A stretch of 64,000 nucleotides of DNA from a virus (taxonomy: Duplodnaviria; Caudoviricetes), in the IMG/VR virus record IMGVR_UViG_3300029288_000057, positions 64,001 to 128,000 of that record; one strand, 5' to 3'. Positions 37,668 to 48,006 of the stretch are shown here, piece after piece (the first letter of the stretch is position 1; each line of letters opens with the position of its first letter). The notes below the pieces were generated by a model. It searched no databases. It saw only the letters and a program-made list of their open reading frames with translations, and was not told the origin of the DNA. The translations under genes and the position numbers were made by a program.

Positions 37668-38345
37668 TTAAGGAAGTAATAGCGTTGCCAAATTCATGGC
37701 AATCCCAAGTTTGCCGACACATTTACTGGATGTTTTTCCCTTTCCAACAATATAGGCAATGTGTTCGTTGTTTTCCTTCATTTCTTGTTTGTCATTAGCC
37801 ACAACCAAATCACAGTTATTCCTTACTAATGATTCATAGGCAATGTCAATCAATTCTTCGTGAGTCTTGTTTACTTCAAATTTAAACCCCACTAGCCTCA
37901 CTGTGTGGTTCCATTTCTTTATGAATGAGATAATCTTCGGATTAACAACAATTCGGTCTCTGAGGGAATCTATGAAGGCGTGGGGGTCATTACTCTTAAG
38001 TTTAATGTTGGATGGTTTGAACCCAAAGTCGCTTATCGCCATGGAATGAATTACAACATCAACTTTCGGGACAAGTCTTTCCATTATGTCATATACATCT
38101 TGAGTGCTGTCGGCATAAATAACTTCAACCATATTTTTCTCGTTGTCCTCCACCAATGTATGAAGATTACAAACACTTGGAATTGCTGAGCCCTTACTGC
38201 AGACATAATAAATCTTTTCAATATTATGATTGAGATAGAATGTGTTTGCTATCTGTGCACCCAACTTTCCAGTGCTGATGTTTGTTAAAACCCGAACCTC
38301 ATCAATGTGTTCACGGGTTCCTCCGCTTGTTACTAAAATTTTCAT
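37668..38345 (-). CDS. coaB: Phosphopantothenate-cysteine ligase
   Basis: ILVTSGGTREHIDEVRVLTNISTGKLG, MAISDF, LVGFKFE, VVAND. Confidence 0.9.
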   Translation of the reverse strand: MKILVTSGGTREHIDEVRVLTNISTGKLGAQIANTFYLNHNIEKIYYVCSKGSAIPSVCNLHTLVEDNEKNMVEVIYADSTQDVYDIMERLVPKVDVVIHSMAISDFGFKPSNIKLKSNDPHAFIDSLRDRIVVNPKIISFIKKWNHTVRLVGFKFEVNKTHEELIDIAYESLVRNNCDLVVANDKQEMKENNEHIAYIVGKGKTSSKCVGKLGIAMNLATLLLP

Positions 38346-38623
38346 TATTTTAAATATCTTTTTAAACTAATTCCCAATTCATCCAAAGTTCTTCTAAAAT
38401 GTGAATAACTCTGAAATACCATTTTTGAATTGCATGGTGCGCTATAAAAGGACACTATACTCGTTTCAATGTTTTCCATTATTTCTGCACTCATCTTTTT
38501 TCGTAAAGACAGCGGAGCTTTTTTGCTCACATCTCCTTCAAAGAGCTCTTTTGTAAAAAAAAGTTGACTTTTTTCTTTCTGGCCTTCTGTTATGATAGAG
38601 CCTTTATAACATATAATGTCCAT
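38345..38623 (-). CDS. Hypothetical protein
   Basis: ORF between coaC and coaB. Confidence 0.6.
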   Translation of the reverse strand: MDIICYKGSIITEGQKEKSQLFFTKELFEGDVSKKAPLSLRKKMSAEIMENIETSIVSFYSAPCNSKMVFQSYSHFRRTLDELGISLKRYLK

Positions 38624-38633
38624 AATTGTATTT

Positions 38634-39725
38634 TTAAAATTTATAATATTTTTTCATTGACCTTATTAGAAATGGGGTGGGGTCTAACAAACCTTCGGGA
38701 AGAGTTTGTCCCCACTCTTTATCAATATTTCTTAAGAACCCTGGTTTTCTCAATTCCAGATGAAGCATGCTGGTCGGGCGACCTTTGTCTTTCTTGAGAA
38801 CTTGCAGAACGGTGCCAAGCAAATCTCCCGCATTAACCTCATCTCCAGTCTTCCATTGTGAATGTACTTGAATCTCTCCGTAAACGATGAGCCCATCGTC
38901 ACCCTCGATTGAAATAGCGTCTGTGTCGTTCCACCAGTCACAATTTGCCTTTATTCCAGTCCATGGACGAATATCTTTCACAATGCCCTTTTGCACCGCA
39001 TAAACAGAAGTTCCAATTGGAGCATATAAATCAACGCCTCTGTGCCTATCATATCTTCTCATTGCTCCAAATGCTCCAAAATGATGCTTTATCGGAATTT
39101 CAACATCTCGTTCAAGATTTATTCTTAAAAAAGAATTTGAGTCTTCCGTGGTTCTGATTGGTTTTATCAAATTAAACGGCCAACTCCAAATAATTCTTGT
39201 ATCCAGGCCTTCAATAATCTCGTTAACAATATCACGTGGTTTTGGTAATTTTCCAATTCCCGTAACTCCACAAGCAAGCTCTCCATAAACAGGTTCAATA
39301 ACATGACAACCTCTACTGGAAAGTATTTGCAAATTACTTGTACATGCGTCGCTTTCATACATTACTGTATTCATAGCTGGGCATATAAATTTTGGAATGT
39401 TTTTGGGGATTGCAATAAAAGTAGAAGAAACAAGGTCGTCGGCAATTCCAAATGTGAATTTTGCAATTATATTTGCAGTTGCAGGGACACAGACAAAAGC
39501 ATCACAATGTTGAGCTTCCTGAATGTGTGTTATTGTATTTACATTTTCTTCGGTGATATAGTGGCCGTCAGAAACGGCGCCAAGGACGGTGGGAGTTACG
39601 AAGTCAAGAGCATTTTTTGTTGTAATAACGTGAACTTCGTATCCGTTACGCTTAAGCCCACTAATTACATCTGCAGCTTTGTATGCTGAGATTCCACCAG
39701 AAATAGCAACTAAAATAGTTTTCAT
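38634..39725 (-). CDS. coaC: Phosphopantothenoylcysteine decarboxylase (CoaC) fused to M23 peptidase domain
   Basis: GGISAYKA, PATANIIAK, PAMNTVMY, LACGVTGIGKL; then HRGVDL...VYAV...HLE...DP. Confidence 0.85.
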   Translation of the reverse strand: MKTILVAISGGISAYKAADVISGLKRNGYEVHVITTKNALDFVTPTVLGAVSDGHYITEENVNTITHIQEAQHCDAFVCVPATANIIAKFTFGIADDLVSSTFIAIPKNIPKFICPAMNTVMYESDACTSNLQILSSRGCHVIEPVYGELACGVTGIGKLPKPRDIVNEIIEGLDTRIIWSWPFNLIKPIRTTEDSNSFLRINLERDVEIPIKHHFGAFGAMRRYDRHRGVDLYAPIGTSVYAVQKGIVKDIRPWTGIKANCDWWNDTDAISIEGDDGLIVYGEIQVHSQWKTGDEVNAGDLLGTVLQVLKKDKGRPTSMLHLELRKPGFLRNIDKEWGQTLPEGLLDPTPFLIRSMKKYYKF

Positions 39726-39736
39726 AGTTTAAAAAA

Positions 39737-40348
39737 TTACTGCCACATTATCAAATCGGGTTCTGGAACATATTTTAAATCAAAATGCAATAAAGTTCTG
39801 GTAGAGTTTTTGGGAATAATTATTCTTGCGTCATGAGAATTGTTAACACACATGCCAAACAAATTGTAATATTCTTCTGTAAATTCAGCCCTCAAGTATT
39901 CTATCCGTGGAATGGATGAATCATCCTCAACCAATTGGACATCTGTCATTTGCATTTTGTTTAATAGATTTCCATATTCTGAATTACTCAAAGAATAAAA
40001 GTAGTAGGGTGTTTTTTTATAAATGCTAATTCCAACATAACCACGCTCCCCGCTTCTACAAGAATCGTTCATGGGATAAATGCCATTTGTGATTATAACT
40101 ACTTGTTTGTGAGGAAAGAAAAATCCAACTGTTATAGCAAAAAATCCACCAATTACAATTCCGATAATGAATGCAATTATGGGTCTCCATATACACATCC
40201 AAATTTTTTCAAAAGTGTCTGTTGACATCTCAACAACTCTGTTTGGATTAGATTCGGAACATCTTTCTTTGTGGGTTTTCCAATCTCTTTTTATAGTTAT
40301 TATAGCTATAATCAGAGCTGCTAAAACAAAAAGGATTTTCGTAATCAT
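39737..40348 (-). CDS. Membrane protein
   Basis: Two TM segments; ECF-like promoter 40369-40395. Confidence 0.75.
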   Translation of the reverse strand: MITKILFVLAALIIAIITIKRDWKTHKERCSESNPNRVVEMSTDTFEKIWMCIWRPIIAFIIGIVIGGFFAITVGFFFPHKQVVIITNGIYPMNDSCRSGERGYVGISIYKKTPYYFYSLSNSEYGNLLNKMQMTDVQLVEDDSSIPRIEYLRAEFTEEYYNLFGMCVNNSHDARIIIPKNSTRTLLHFDLKYVPEPDLIMWQ

Positions 40349-40437
40349 ATAAAGTTCTTTTGTTAATTTATACGATTTTTTGGCAGAAAAGTTACAAAAA
40401 GCAAAAAGCCGCTATATTTATAAGAAAATTATATCTC

Positions 40438-41037
40438 ATGGAACAACTGGAACAAATAGCACTTGAAGCTCCGAAATATAGGAGTATATTTTTTAGCAAA
40501 GATGTTGATTCAGAGTCGGTTGGAGAAGCTATAAGGCAGATTGTAGAAATAAATGAACACGATGAAAAACTCAAAGTTCTTTATAGTGTGTTATATGGAA
40601 TCGAATATAATCCAAATCCAATAAAAATATACATTGATTGTACTGGGGGCTATGTTTATTCATGCTTTGGGTTATTGTCTATAATTGAGTGTTCCAAAAC
40701 TCCAATTTATACAATTGCAACTGGTGCAGCTATGTCTTCTGGTTTATTGATTCTTGTTTGTGGGCACAAAAGATTTGCATACGAATTAACCACATTTTTA
40801 TATCACCAAACAAGCTCTGAGTCTTTAGGAACAGCCAAAGAAATGAAGGATGATGCTACGGAGATTCAAAGGATACAAAAAATATTTGAAGATGTTACGA
40901 TAAAAAAAACAAAGATTCCAAAAAGTAAATTAAAAAACGTATACGAGACAAAAACAGATTGGTATTTTTCTTCGGCAGAAGCAAAAAGACTATGTGTAAT
41001 AGATAAAATTTTGAAGCCTGGGGACGAAATTGAATAA
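40438..41037 (+). CDS. ClpP-like serine protease
   Basis: IYIDCTGGYV, GAAMSSG, YHQ, DWYFSSAEA; start revised after TATTTATA at 40415. Confidence 0.85.
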   Translation: MEQLEQIALEAPKYRSIFFSKDVDSESVGEAIRQIVEINEHDEKLKVLYSVLYGIEYNPNPIKIYIDCTGGYVYSCFGLLSIIECSKTPIYTIATGAAMSSGLLILVCGHKRFAYELTTFLYHQTSSESLGTAKEMKDDATEIQRIQKIFEDVTIKKTKIPKSKLKNVYETKTDWYFSSAEAKRLCVIDKILKPGDEIE

Positions 41038-41039
41038 TT

Positions 41040-41579
41040 ATGTTGTCTGAAAATTATAAAGAAAGAATCCAAGAGCTTGCTGGAATAAAAACAGATAAAG
41101 AAATTTTGTTTTTAGTTGGATTTCCTGGTTCAGGAAAATCTTCCTACATTAAAGCATTAAGAACAAAACGGCCAGATAAGGATTATGTGGTAGTTTCTTT
41201 CGATAGCACACTTGAAAAATTAGGTGATGAACTGGGGCTTGGATATAATGACGCATATGAAAAAATTGATTTTCATGGGAAAATTATGCCTGCTTATGTT
41301 AAGGCATTTGAAAAGGCTATAAAAAAAGGCAAAAGTATTATAATAGATGATACCAACATGAAAAGAAGCGATAGGGCTGATGCTCTTGAAAGGGTGCCGA
41401 GTGATTATAAAAAAATAGCTGTGGTATTTAATGTTCCAGAGGAAGAATTAAAAAGAAGACTTGAAAAAAGGGCGCAAGAAACTGGAAAATATATTCCCCC
41501 AGAAGCGATAGAAAAAATGAAAAATTATTATATACCTCCCTCAAAAGAAGAAGGGTTTGATAAAATTATAAATCTTTAA
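41040..41579 (+). CDS. P-loop (AAA_33/PNK-like) kinase with ELAG tag
   Basis: LVGFPGSGKS, IIDDTN, RLEKR. Confidence 0.85.
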   Translation: MLSENYKERIQELAGIKTDKEILFLVGFPGSGKSSYIKALRTKRPDKDYVVVSFDSTLEKLGDELGLGYNDAYEKIDFHGKIMPAYVKAFEKAIKKGKSIIIDDTNMKRSDRADALERVPSDYKKIAVVFNVPEEELKRRLEKRAQETGKYIPPEAIEKMKNYYIPPSKEEGFDKIINL

Positions 41580-41580
41580 C

Positions 41581-42147
41581 ATGATATCTGAAAGTTATAG
41601 AAACAAAATACGTGAGCTTGCTGGGATAAAATCAAAATATTATCGGGCAGTAGATACGTTTTTAGGAGACAATGTTGTTTTTGAACCAGGTGGTTATTAT
41701 GAAGAAATTGGTGATGACGATGAAGCAGTTATGAGTTTTGGAGAGTATATGCAATCAGAAACATATGAAACCAGCGCATCAAAATATATTGGCGGTTGTG
41801 TGATGGGGGCTTTTTCGGGAAGAAATTTGGGTGCAAAAAAAACAAACACATTTTATATATACGAAATCAATGAATCTCCAGACAAGGATATTAGTCACTG
41901 GGGAGGTGGTGATTTTATGTTTTTAGAGGAAGTTAGATATAGAAGAAATGTGACTGGCATCTATATTGGGAAAGTGGTCTTAAACAAAGTCCAAGAGGAA
42001 ATGTTGGATTGTTGGTATAAGTTTTATAATGCAGACCAATATGCAGACGAAGAAGAGGACCCCATTTGTGACAAGTTCAGAAATGTTAACAATGGAGATT
42101 TTAACGATTACGTCTCAAAAGAATTAAAAAAAATAAGCGTCAACTAA
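41581..42147 (+). CDS. ELAG-tagged protein, possible ART-like fold
   Basis: MISESYRNKIRELAGI; YYRA...TSAS...EEVRY is a weak R-S-E pattern. Confidence 0.6.
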   Translation: MISESYRNKIRELAGIKSKYYRAVDTFLGDNVVFEPGGYYEEIGDDDEAVMSFGEYMQSETYETSASKYIGGCVMGAFSGRNLGAKKTNTFYIYEINESPDKDISHWGGGDFMFLEEVRYRRNVTGIYIGKVVLNKVQEEMLDCWYKFYNADQYADEEEDPICDKFRNVNNGDFNDYVSKELKKISVN

Positions 42148-42968
42148 GACGCTATTTCTCCAATGCTTACCACAGGAGCTTCATCAAAGAAAACCACGCC
42201 CACTCTATTTTTTATTTTATTAAAAACAGGAAACTCAATTTCTTTAATAACATTCCTTTCAATAACAAGGTCGGGGTTTTTGTGAGCATTGTGTTTTGGT
42301 GGAAGCGATGCTAATTCTTCGGCAGTAAAAGGCTTCGAAACCTTTGTGTTTTTTACATAGGCGCCTCTTTTGAATTTTGTGTCCAAGTCGTTCCAATTAA
42401 CACCCTTCTCAATCATCATTTTATCCTGCATTTTGTTACCATCAAGATACTTCAGCTCCTCATGTGAAAAAAAACTCCTAGCCAACATAGAAATGCTATT
42501 TTTTGTTGCGTCATTTTCCCTCCATAACAATTGTGCTACAGCATCTTCCAATGTTGGAGTCTGATAAATCCTACAATCAAAGTTAGCAATTTTATTGTGT
42601 AATGGAAGCCACATCGGCCTGTTTGTGTTAAAATAAGTTACACACTTGGCTGTTAACTTTGACAAAATCTTTTGTTTTTTTCCATCATTGTAAATGAAAG
42701 ATTTATTATTATCAATGTAGATAACAAGGGTTATTTCATCAGACTGGGTATATCCAATAATTGCATTGGTTTCTTTAACAAGAAATTTTGTTGTGTCAAC
42801 CATTAAATTTGTCAAACCAGAATCAAAAGGACGGTTTAGCCCCTTTGTCCAGTTGCTGAAATTATTACCGTCCAGACGAATGATTACTGGAAGTTTTGGA
42901 ATCATTACTTCTGGGGAAAAGTTTTTCTCCAGCCACTTACACCACTCACTTAATGATTGTTCTTGCAT
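42144..42968 (-). CDS. tRNA(His) guanylyltransferase Thg1-like
   Basis: IIRLDGNNFS, YTQSDEITL, FDCR, WRENDATKNS. Confidence 0.92.
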   Translation of the reverse strand: MQEQSLSEWCKWLEKNFSPEVMIPKLPVIIRLDGNNFSNWTKGLNRPFDSGLTNLMVDTTKFLVKETNAIIGYTQSDEITLVIYIDNNKSFIYNDGKKQKILSKLTAKCVTYFNTNRPMWLPLHNKIANFDCRIYQTPTLEDAVAQLLWRENDATKNSISMLARSFFSHEELKYLDGNKMQDKMMIEKGVNWNDLDTKFKRGAYVKNTKVSKPFTAEELASLPPKHNAHKNPDLVIERNVIKEIEFPVFNKIKNRVGVVFFDEAPVVSIGEIAS

Positions 42969-43021
42969 ATTATTTTTTTTTACTTTATTTTATACGTAAA
43001 ATTATAAATTAAGTTACAAAT

Positions 43022-43050
43022 AAAAAACCCCCAGATTTCTTTGGGGGTTT
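43022..43050. terminator. Intrinsic terminator
   Basis: AAAACCCCC...GGGGTTTT. Confidence 0.7.
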
Positions 43051-43075
43051 ATAATTAAGAATATAATAATTTTAA

Positions 43076-43549
43076 TTACAAGTTACCAAAAGAAACAACT
43101 ATGTTCTTGTCTTGATTAATACTTGATAAAGTATAAACTGTTGTAGCGGTTGATGCTGACGAAACTATGGTTTGTGCCACATCGTTAACAGTATAAGCAG
43201 AAAGATATGTTACTCCAACGTCTGGATATACAGAGAATGACAAATTAAGTCCTTCTGCAACCGTTACAGACGCTCCACTTAACGACGTTGTTCCACCAGT
43301 AACTCTACCTGTACTTGTGGCTTGAACTATGTAATAAAATTCTGGAGTTGGAGTTGGGTCTGGCTCATGTCCAGTATGTTCTTCTGTATGAATTATTGCT
43401 TCTTCGTGAGCATTAAGATTAAGTTGGTCCCTTCTTGTAACCTCTGGAAGTATAATTGAGGAGTATGCTGCTATCCATTTTTTATAAGAAACTCCGTTTA
43501 TTTTAACGTGTATCCATTTTCCCTTTGCGAAGTTGTTCGTAATTTTCAT
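43076..43549 (-). CDS. Late protein with C-terminal Ig/InlB-B-like repeat domain (putative virion surface)
   Basis: PT linker then beta-rich VTVAEG...FSVYPD...YTLSSI...VSF; TATTTATA at 43565. Confidence 0.55.
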   Translation of the reverse strand: MKITNNFAKGKWIHVKINGVSYKKWIAAYSSIILPEVTRRDQLNLNAHEEAIIHTEEHTGHEPDPTPTPEFYYIVQATSTGRVTGGTTSLSGASVTVAEGLNLSFSVYPDVGVTYLSAYTVNDVAQTIVSSASTATTVYTLSSINQDKNIVVSFGNL

Positions 43550-43600
43550 AATTATAATTTTTTTTATAAATAGTTATTTTTTTTCAAATTCTTATATGTT

Positions 43601-44263
43601 TTAAAAGTTTTTGGATTTATTATTTGAAACTCCCCCTTCTCTGCTGTCTCCAGCTGGAATTTCCTTTAATTCTCTGTCGATATTATTGTTGTGCAAATCA
43701 AACTCTTCTTGTGCGTCTTTGGTAAAGCTAGCGGTTTTGGGAGGAACTCCACCATCTGAGTCAAGGTTTTGTTGGGCGGCTTGCGTGGAACCGTATATTC
43801 CATAGCTTTCTTCTATTTCTTTTGCTTCGTATATGTTTGTAGAGACCGTTGCGCCGCCTGAATTAATTGCTGGCGAATTAAATTTATCGATTACTTCTTC
43901 CTCTTTTTCCTCTGGGGAATCTTCTTTGTCCAAACAAGCTTGCACTAAATTATAATTGTTTATGGAATCATCCATTCCTTTCCTTGGCAATTTAAACAAT
44001 GACATATTCATAGCCATTTGTTCAACAGCGGTGGTGGGAAAATCCAATACTTCAAAAAGTTTATCTAATTCTTCTTTAATTAGCTTTTTAATTCTAAATT
44101 TAAGAATTGTTTTGCCATTAATGGTAGGTTGGTTTTTGTCGTCTTTTCCTATGCTTTTTACTATGACTTTTTTATTCTTGAATCTTCCTGCTAGGATTTC
44201 GTCTCCGACATTGATGTCAAGTTCAATTGCTTCTCGTATTAGTTTTCTAAGTTTATCTTTCAC
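43601..44263 (-). CDS. Late acidic protein with LRKLIRE/LIKEE tags (start probably GTG 44263)
   Basis: TATTTATT at 44277. Confidence 0.7.
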   Translation of the reverse strand: MKDKLRKLIREAIELDINVGDEILAGRFKNKKVIVKSIGKDDKNQPTINGKTILKFRIKKLIKEELDKLFEVLDFPTTAVEQMAMNMSLFKLPRKGMDDSINNYNLVQACLDKEDSPEEKEEEVIDKFNSPAINSGGATVSTNIYEAKEIEESYGIYGSTQAAQQNLDSDGGVPPKTASFTKDAQEEFDLHNNNIDRELKEIPAGDSREGGVSNNKSKNF

Positions 44264-44301
44264 GACATTTATTTTCAATAAATATCTTTAAAAAACAATA
44301 C

Positions 44302-44739
44302 TTAGACCCCAGCGAGCGTTTTCATCTTATCATTGTCTTCCTGGTTGTTTAAAAACGTAGCTATATCAGACAAATTGTCGAATACTTTTGCACCATTTTT
44401 TTTAACCAATTCTTTGACTTGGGTCAAAGATTTCATTTCTGGTTTCTCAAATTCTTTATCGTCATCTTTTTCAAGAACGCAGAACAAAGTAGATTCTGGC
44501 CTTTTGTTTGAATCGTCTGTCACTTCTGCAATTGAGTATACACCCTTCATTAACGGAGTTATTACATAGAGTACAAATTTGGCAGTTTCTCTTTCTTCTC
44601 TTTCTTTCTTCTGAGCCGCCTCGTCCCAATCATCAACTACTGGGTTAAAGTATGGAACTTTCAAATCTTTAATTAGTCTTTCTCTCCACGTGGAATCATT
44701 GCAAGTTCCTCCGAGGAACACGTTGGGGTTGTTTTTCAT
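44302..44739 (-). CDS. Nucleoside 2-deoxyribosyltransferase-like protein
   Basis: VFLGGTCN...WR...YFNPVV...YSIAE; C-terminal MKTLAGV. Confidence 0.75.
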   Translation of the reverse strand: MKNNPNVFLGGTCNDSTWRERLIKDLKVPYFNPVVDDWDEAAQKKEREERETAKFVLYVITPLMKGVYSIAEVTDDSNKRPESTLFCVLEKDDDKEFEKPEMKSLTQVKELVKKNGAKVFDNLSDIATFLNNQEDNDKMKTLAGV

Positions 44740-44750
44740 ATTATGTGGTT

Positions 44751-45800
44751 TTATTTGTTAAATCTTTCGTATGCTTTGTCACTAATTTGGATTGTTTCTG
44801 CCTCTCCAATAAATTCTTTGAGGTTTTTCGAATTTGAATAACTCATCGTTGACCTTAAATAGTCTTCAAAATTTTCTACCCACTGCTCTAATGTATATTC
44901 CACCCTTTGTCTTTTTGAAACCCCCTCAGAAGTTCTTACAACCTCTTTGTGCCACTTTCTTTGTACTTCCTTAGTGGACATACCCCTAAAGCTTTTTGTG
45001 AGCTTAAAATTGTTCCTAAACAGCCATTTTGCAAATTTTGAGTATTGGTTAATTTTTATTTTATTAAAGAGATAGGTGTTCCCACAAGATTCAAGAGCTT
45101 TGTTAAACAATGAACCAATCATAACATAGTCTGCTCCAAGTGCTAATGCTAAAATAACATCAGAAAAATCTTTCATTCCACCATCGGCCACAATTTTTGT
45201 TTGAAATCTATTTTGTTTTTTTATTTCATAGCACTCTCTGATTAAAGACGCCATGGGATATCCAACTGTTGTTTGTTTTGTGGTTAAGCAGGCATTTCCA
45301 TTTCCAATACCGATTCTAACCATATCCACTCCGATTTCTGCAAAAAGCTTATATGTTTCTGGGTTGGCAACATTACCAACCATTAATACCATTTTATCCC
45401 CGTATTTTTCTTTTGCATCTTTTGCCGCACTAATGAGTTTATTCATGTGTCCATTGGCCATATCAATAAGAATGTAAATTGTGTTTTCAGACTGAAAGTG
45501 TTGTTCCATATAATCAATGTTTATATATTGATTGATAAAATCATTCAGTCCAATAGATTTAAACCAGTGGTCACCACCATATCTTGGCTGTTTTTCTCCT
45601 CTTGGGATAATTGCATGAACTCTGTTTTTCGTAAACAAGCTGGCATTTTTATTATTAACAACAGTATCCATTGGGGCTGTAAAAATTGGGAGATATGAGT
45701 TGTAGTAGGGGTCTATTTCTGTTCTTGAGTTAATAAAGCTAATCGTATCTGGCTTAACCCTTAAGTCATGAAAATCTAGTTTTATGTCTTTGTCGTACAT
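44751..45800 (-). CDS. IMPDH/GMP reductase family enzyme
   Basis: TAPMDTV, IDMANGH, GIGNGNACLT, VADGG, FRGM, SEG. Confidence 0.88.
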   Translation of the reverse strand: MYDKDIKLDFHDLRVKPDTISFINSRTEIDPYYNSYLPIFTAPMDTVVNNKNASLFTKNRVHAIIPRGEKQPRYGGDHWFKSIGLNDFINQYINIDYMEQHFQSENTIYILIDMANGHMNKLISAAKDAKEKYGDKMVLMVGNVANPETYKLFAEIGVDMVRIGIGNGNACLTTKQTTVGYPMASLIRECYEIKKQNRFQTKIVADGGMKDFSDVILALALGADYVMIGSLFNKALESCGNTYLFNKIKINQYSKFAKWLFRNNFKLTKSFRGMSTKEVQRKWHKEVVRTSEGVSKRQRVEYTLEQWVENFEDYLRSTMSYSNSKNLKEFIGEAETIQISDKAYERFNK

Positions 45801-45935
45801 GTTTTTTGTTTAAAATAATGTTTACAATATAAACAAATTTTATTATATTATCAATAAAACATTTACGCTTTATGGAATTTGAATATATTTATATGTCCCA
45901 TAAGTATTGTGGGATAAAACTTTAAAAAAAATTAT

Positions 45936-46481
45936 ATGAAAAAAATTATTGTTGTAATTGGTGCTCCACGTTCTGGAAAAGATACACACGCAAAGATGCT
46001 GTCGGGAAAATTGAATTATAAATATTTTTCTTTAGATTATGTTATATCCGAAGAGGTTAAAAATAAAACAAAAATTGGGTTAATTCTTGAAAAATACTCT
46101 CAATCTGAAGTACAAGCTCCAGATGAATATGCGATTATGTTAATGAAAGATGCTATTATTAACCTGAAGGAAGATGGAATTGTTTTTAATAATTATCCAC
46201 AAACAATTGCCCAGGCAAAAGCGTTAGACTCATTTTTGTTCTCAAGAAGAATTGAAAAGGTTGTCCCTGTGTTTTTAAATATAGACCAATTTGACACTCT
46301 AAATCGCATGGTAGAGAACTCAAGAGACTCTTTTAATAAAACCATGAATGATTATGACAAAAACAAAAAGCCTGTTGTAGATTATTATACATCAAACAGA
46401 ATAGAGTTCGATACTTCCAAGAATAATTCAGAAATAATCAATGAAGAAATAATAAAAAAGCTGAAGGAGAAGGGTTGCTAA
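45936..46481 (+). CDS. adk: Adenylate kinase-like
   Basis: IGAPRSGKDT, NNYPQTIAQA; divergent. Confidence 0.7.
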   Translation: MKKIIVVIGAPRSGKDTHAKMLSGKLNYKYFSLDYVISEEVKNKTKIGLILEKYSQSEVQAPDEYAIMLMKDAIINLKEDGIVFNNYPQTIAQAKALDSFLFSRRIEKVVPVFLNIDQFDTLNRMVENSRDSFNKTMNDYDKNKKPVVDYYTSNRIEFDTSKNNSEIINEEIIKKLKEKGC

Positions 46482-46864
46482 AAATAAACTATTAGCATGT
46501 CTTTTTTTAATTGATGAGCTTTTTTCATAGAATCTCTTGTCCCTGGCGATTTTCCATCCCAAAAAATTACTATAAAATCAGCACTTTGTATTATTTGTGT
46601 ATTACGATTAAACCCAGCCAAAGCATTATATTGCTTCCCTTTATCGTTGACTTTTATTTTGCAGGGCTCAGAAAAGTCTTCCCAATTTGCTGGAAATATT
46701 TTTGTTGGAATGTTAAATTCTTTCGCAAACGTTTCTCCTAATTTATCTGCACCCAAGGCACCGCCACTCACAATCTCTGTGATATTTGCCTTAAACGGCA
46801 ACAACTTATATTTAAGTAAATCGTAGTTGTTAAAATTACGACTTCCTATTATGGCTACTTTCAT
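46478..46864 (-). CDS. SLOG (YspA/DUF2493-like) protein
   Basis: IIGSRNF, VSGGALGAD, AGFNRN, WDGKSPGT. Confidence 0.85.
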   Translation of the reverse strand: MKVAIIGSRNFNNYDLLKYKLLPFKANITEIVSGGALGADKLGETFAKEFNIPTKIFPANWEDFSEPCKIKVNDKGKQYNALAGFNRNTQIIQSADFIVIFWDGKSPGTRDSMKKAHQLKKDMLIVYF

Positions 46865-47784
46865 TTTTCTCTTAAGAAGTTAACATCACAAATTGGAGGC
46901 ATGTTCATTTTGTGAGCATTTGCATTGTGTCTTTTTTTGTAGATTTTTAAGACCTCCATTTGACGGGGGGTAAACGAAGCAGTCGCCATGTCAATATACT
47001 CATCTTGCATATAAAGAATTGAGCTCCCTGGCTGACTACACTCTTTCATTGCCCATTCCAATTCATCGTAAGTGGCACCAACTTGGTCTTCATCTCCCCT
47101 TCCATCGTCCCAAAGCCCATCTGTGGGTTTTGCATTTATAATATCAATAGAAACTCCCATAAATCTTCCGAGAGCACGGACTTCAGATTTCATTAAATCT
47201 CCTATGGGAGAAATATCAACACCACCGTCGCCATATTTTGTAAAAAACCCAATTCCAAAATCTTCAACTTTATTTCCAGTGCCAAGCACTAAGCATTTTT
47301 TAATAGATGCATAGTAATATAATGCGGTCATTCTTATTCTTGACCTTGTGTTAGCAGCTGCCAGATTCTTCTTTTCAACATCTTCTATCTGAGATTGTTC
47401 AACACTAGACAGAAGGGTGTCAAATGTATTTGTTAAATTACAATCAATTGATGATACATTTGGGAAATTCTCTGTCAACCAATTAATATGCTGTTTTGCC
47501 CTGTCTACTTCTGCTTCCTTTTGATGGATATGCATTTGGATTACATATAGTTTTAATCCAGTTTTTGCGGCCAGGGTTGATGTTACTGCAGAATCTATTC
47601 CTCCAGAAATTCCAATAACAAAACCATCAACTTTTGCTGTGTCAGCATATTGTTTCAACCAACTAATGATATAAGCCTCAACTCTTGAGTATTCTAATGA
47701 TGATACATTTGGGAAATTCTCTGTCAAGCAATTAATATGCTGTTTTGCCCTATTTTCCATAATTATCCTTTCTGATTTGTTCAT
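46861..47784 (-). CDS. nadE: NH3-dependent NAD+ synthetase
   Basis: GISGGIDSAV, NTRSRIRM, GTGNKVE, FFTKYGDGG, PTDGLW. Confidence 0.93.
   Translation of the reverse strand: MNKSERIIMENRAKQHINCLTENFPNVSSLEYSRVEAYIISWLKQYADTAKVDGFVIGISGGIDSAVTSTLAAKTGLKLYVIQMHIHQKEAEVDRAKQHINWLTENFPNVSSIDCNLTNTFDTLLSSVEQSQIEDVEKKNLAAANTRSRIRMTALYYYASIKKCLVLGTGNKVEDFGIGFFTKYGDGGVDISPIGDLMKSEVRALGRFMGVSIDIINAKPTDGLWDDGRGDEDQVGATYDELEWAMKECSQPGSSILYMQDEYIDMATASFTPRQMEVLKIYKKRHNANAHKMNMPPICDVNFLREK
47449..47751. repeat. 54-bp direct repeat (1 mismatch) inside nadE
   Basis: 47449-47502 vs 47698-47751. Confidence 0.9.
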
Positions 47785-47787
47785 TTT

Positions 47788-48006
47788 TTATAGATTATTT
47801 TTGTTTTTAACCCAATACCAAAATTTACCATATTGTAAATAATTATACATTGGTATTGCAAGCAACATCATTGCTGTGTATATGCAAAATGCAATAACGC
47901 CACCTTTAATCAATCCAAAGTCAAGTGCAAAAAATGCATGAATAAGCGGAAATATCATTGCAAATGCGCCTGCTATTGTTAAATAGCTTTTAATGTCTTC
48001 TTTCAT
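47788..48006 (-). CDS. Small two-TM membrane protein
   Basis: Hydrophobic; within NAD operon. Confidence 0.7.
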   Translation of the reverse strand: MKEDIKSYLTIAGAFAMIFPLIHAFFALDFGLIKGGVIAFCIYTAMMLLAIPMYNYLQYGKFWYWVKNKNNL

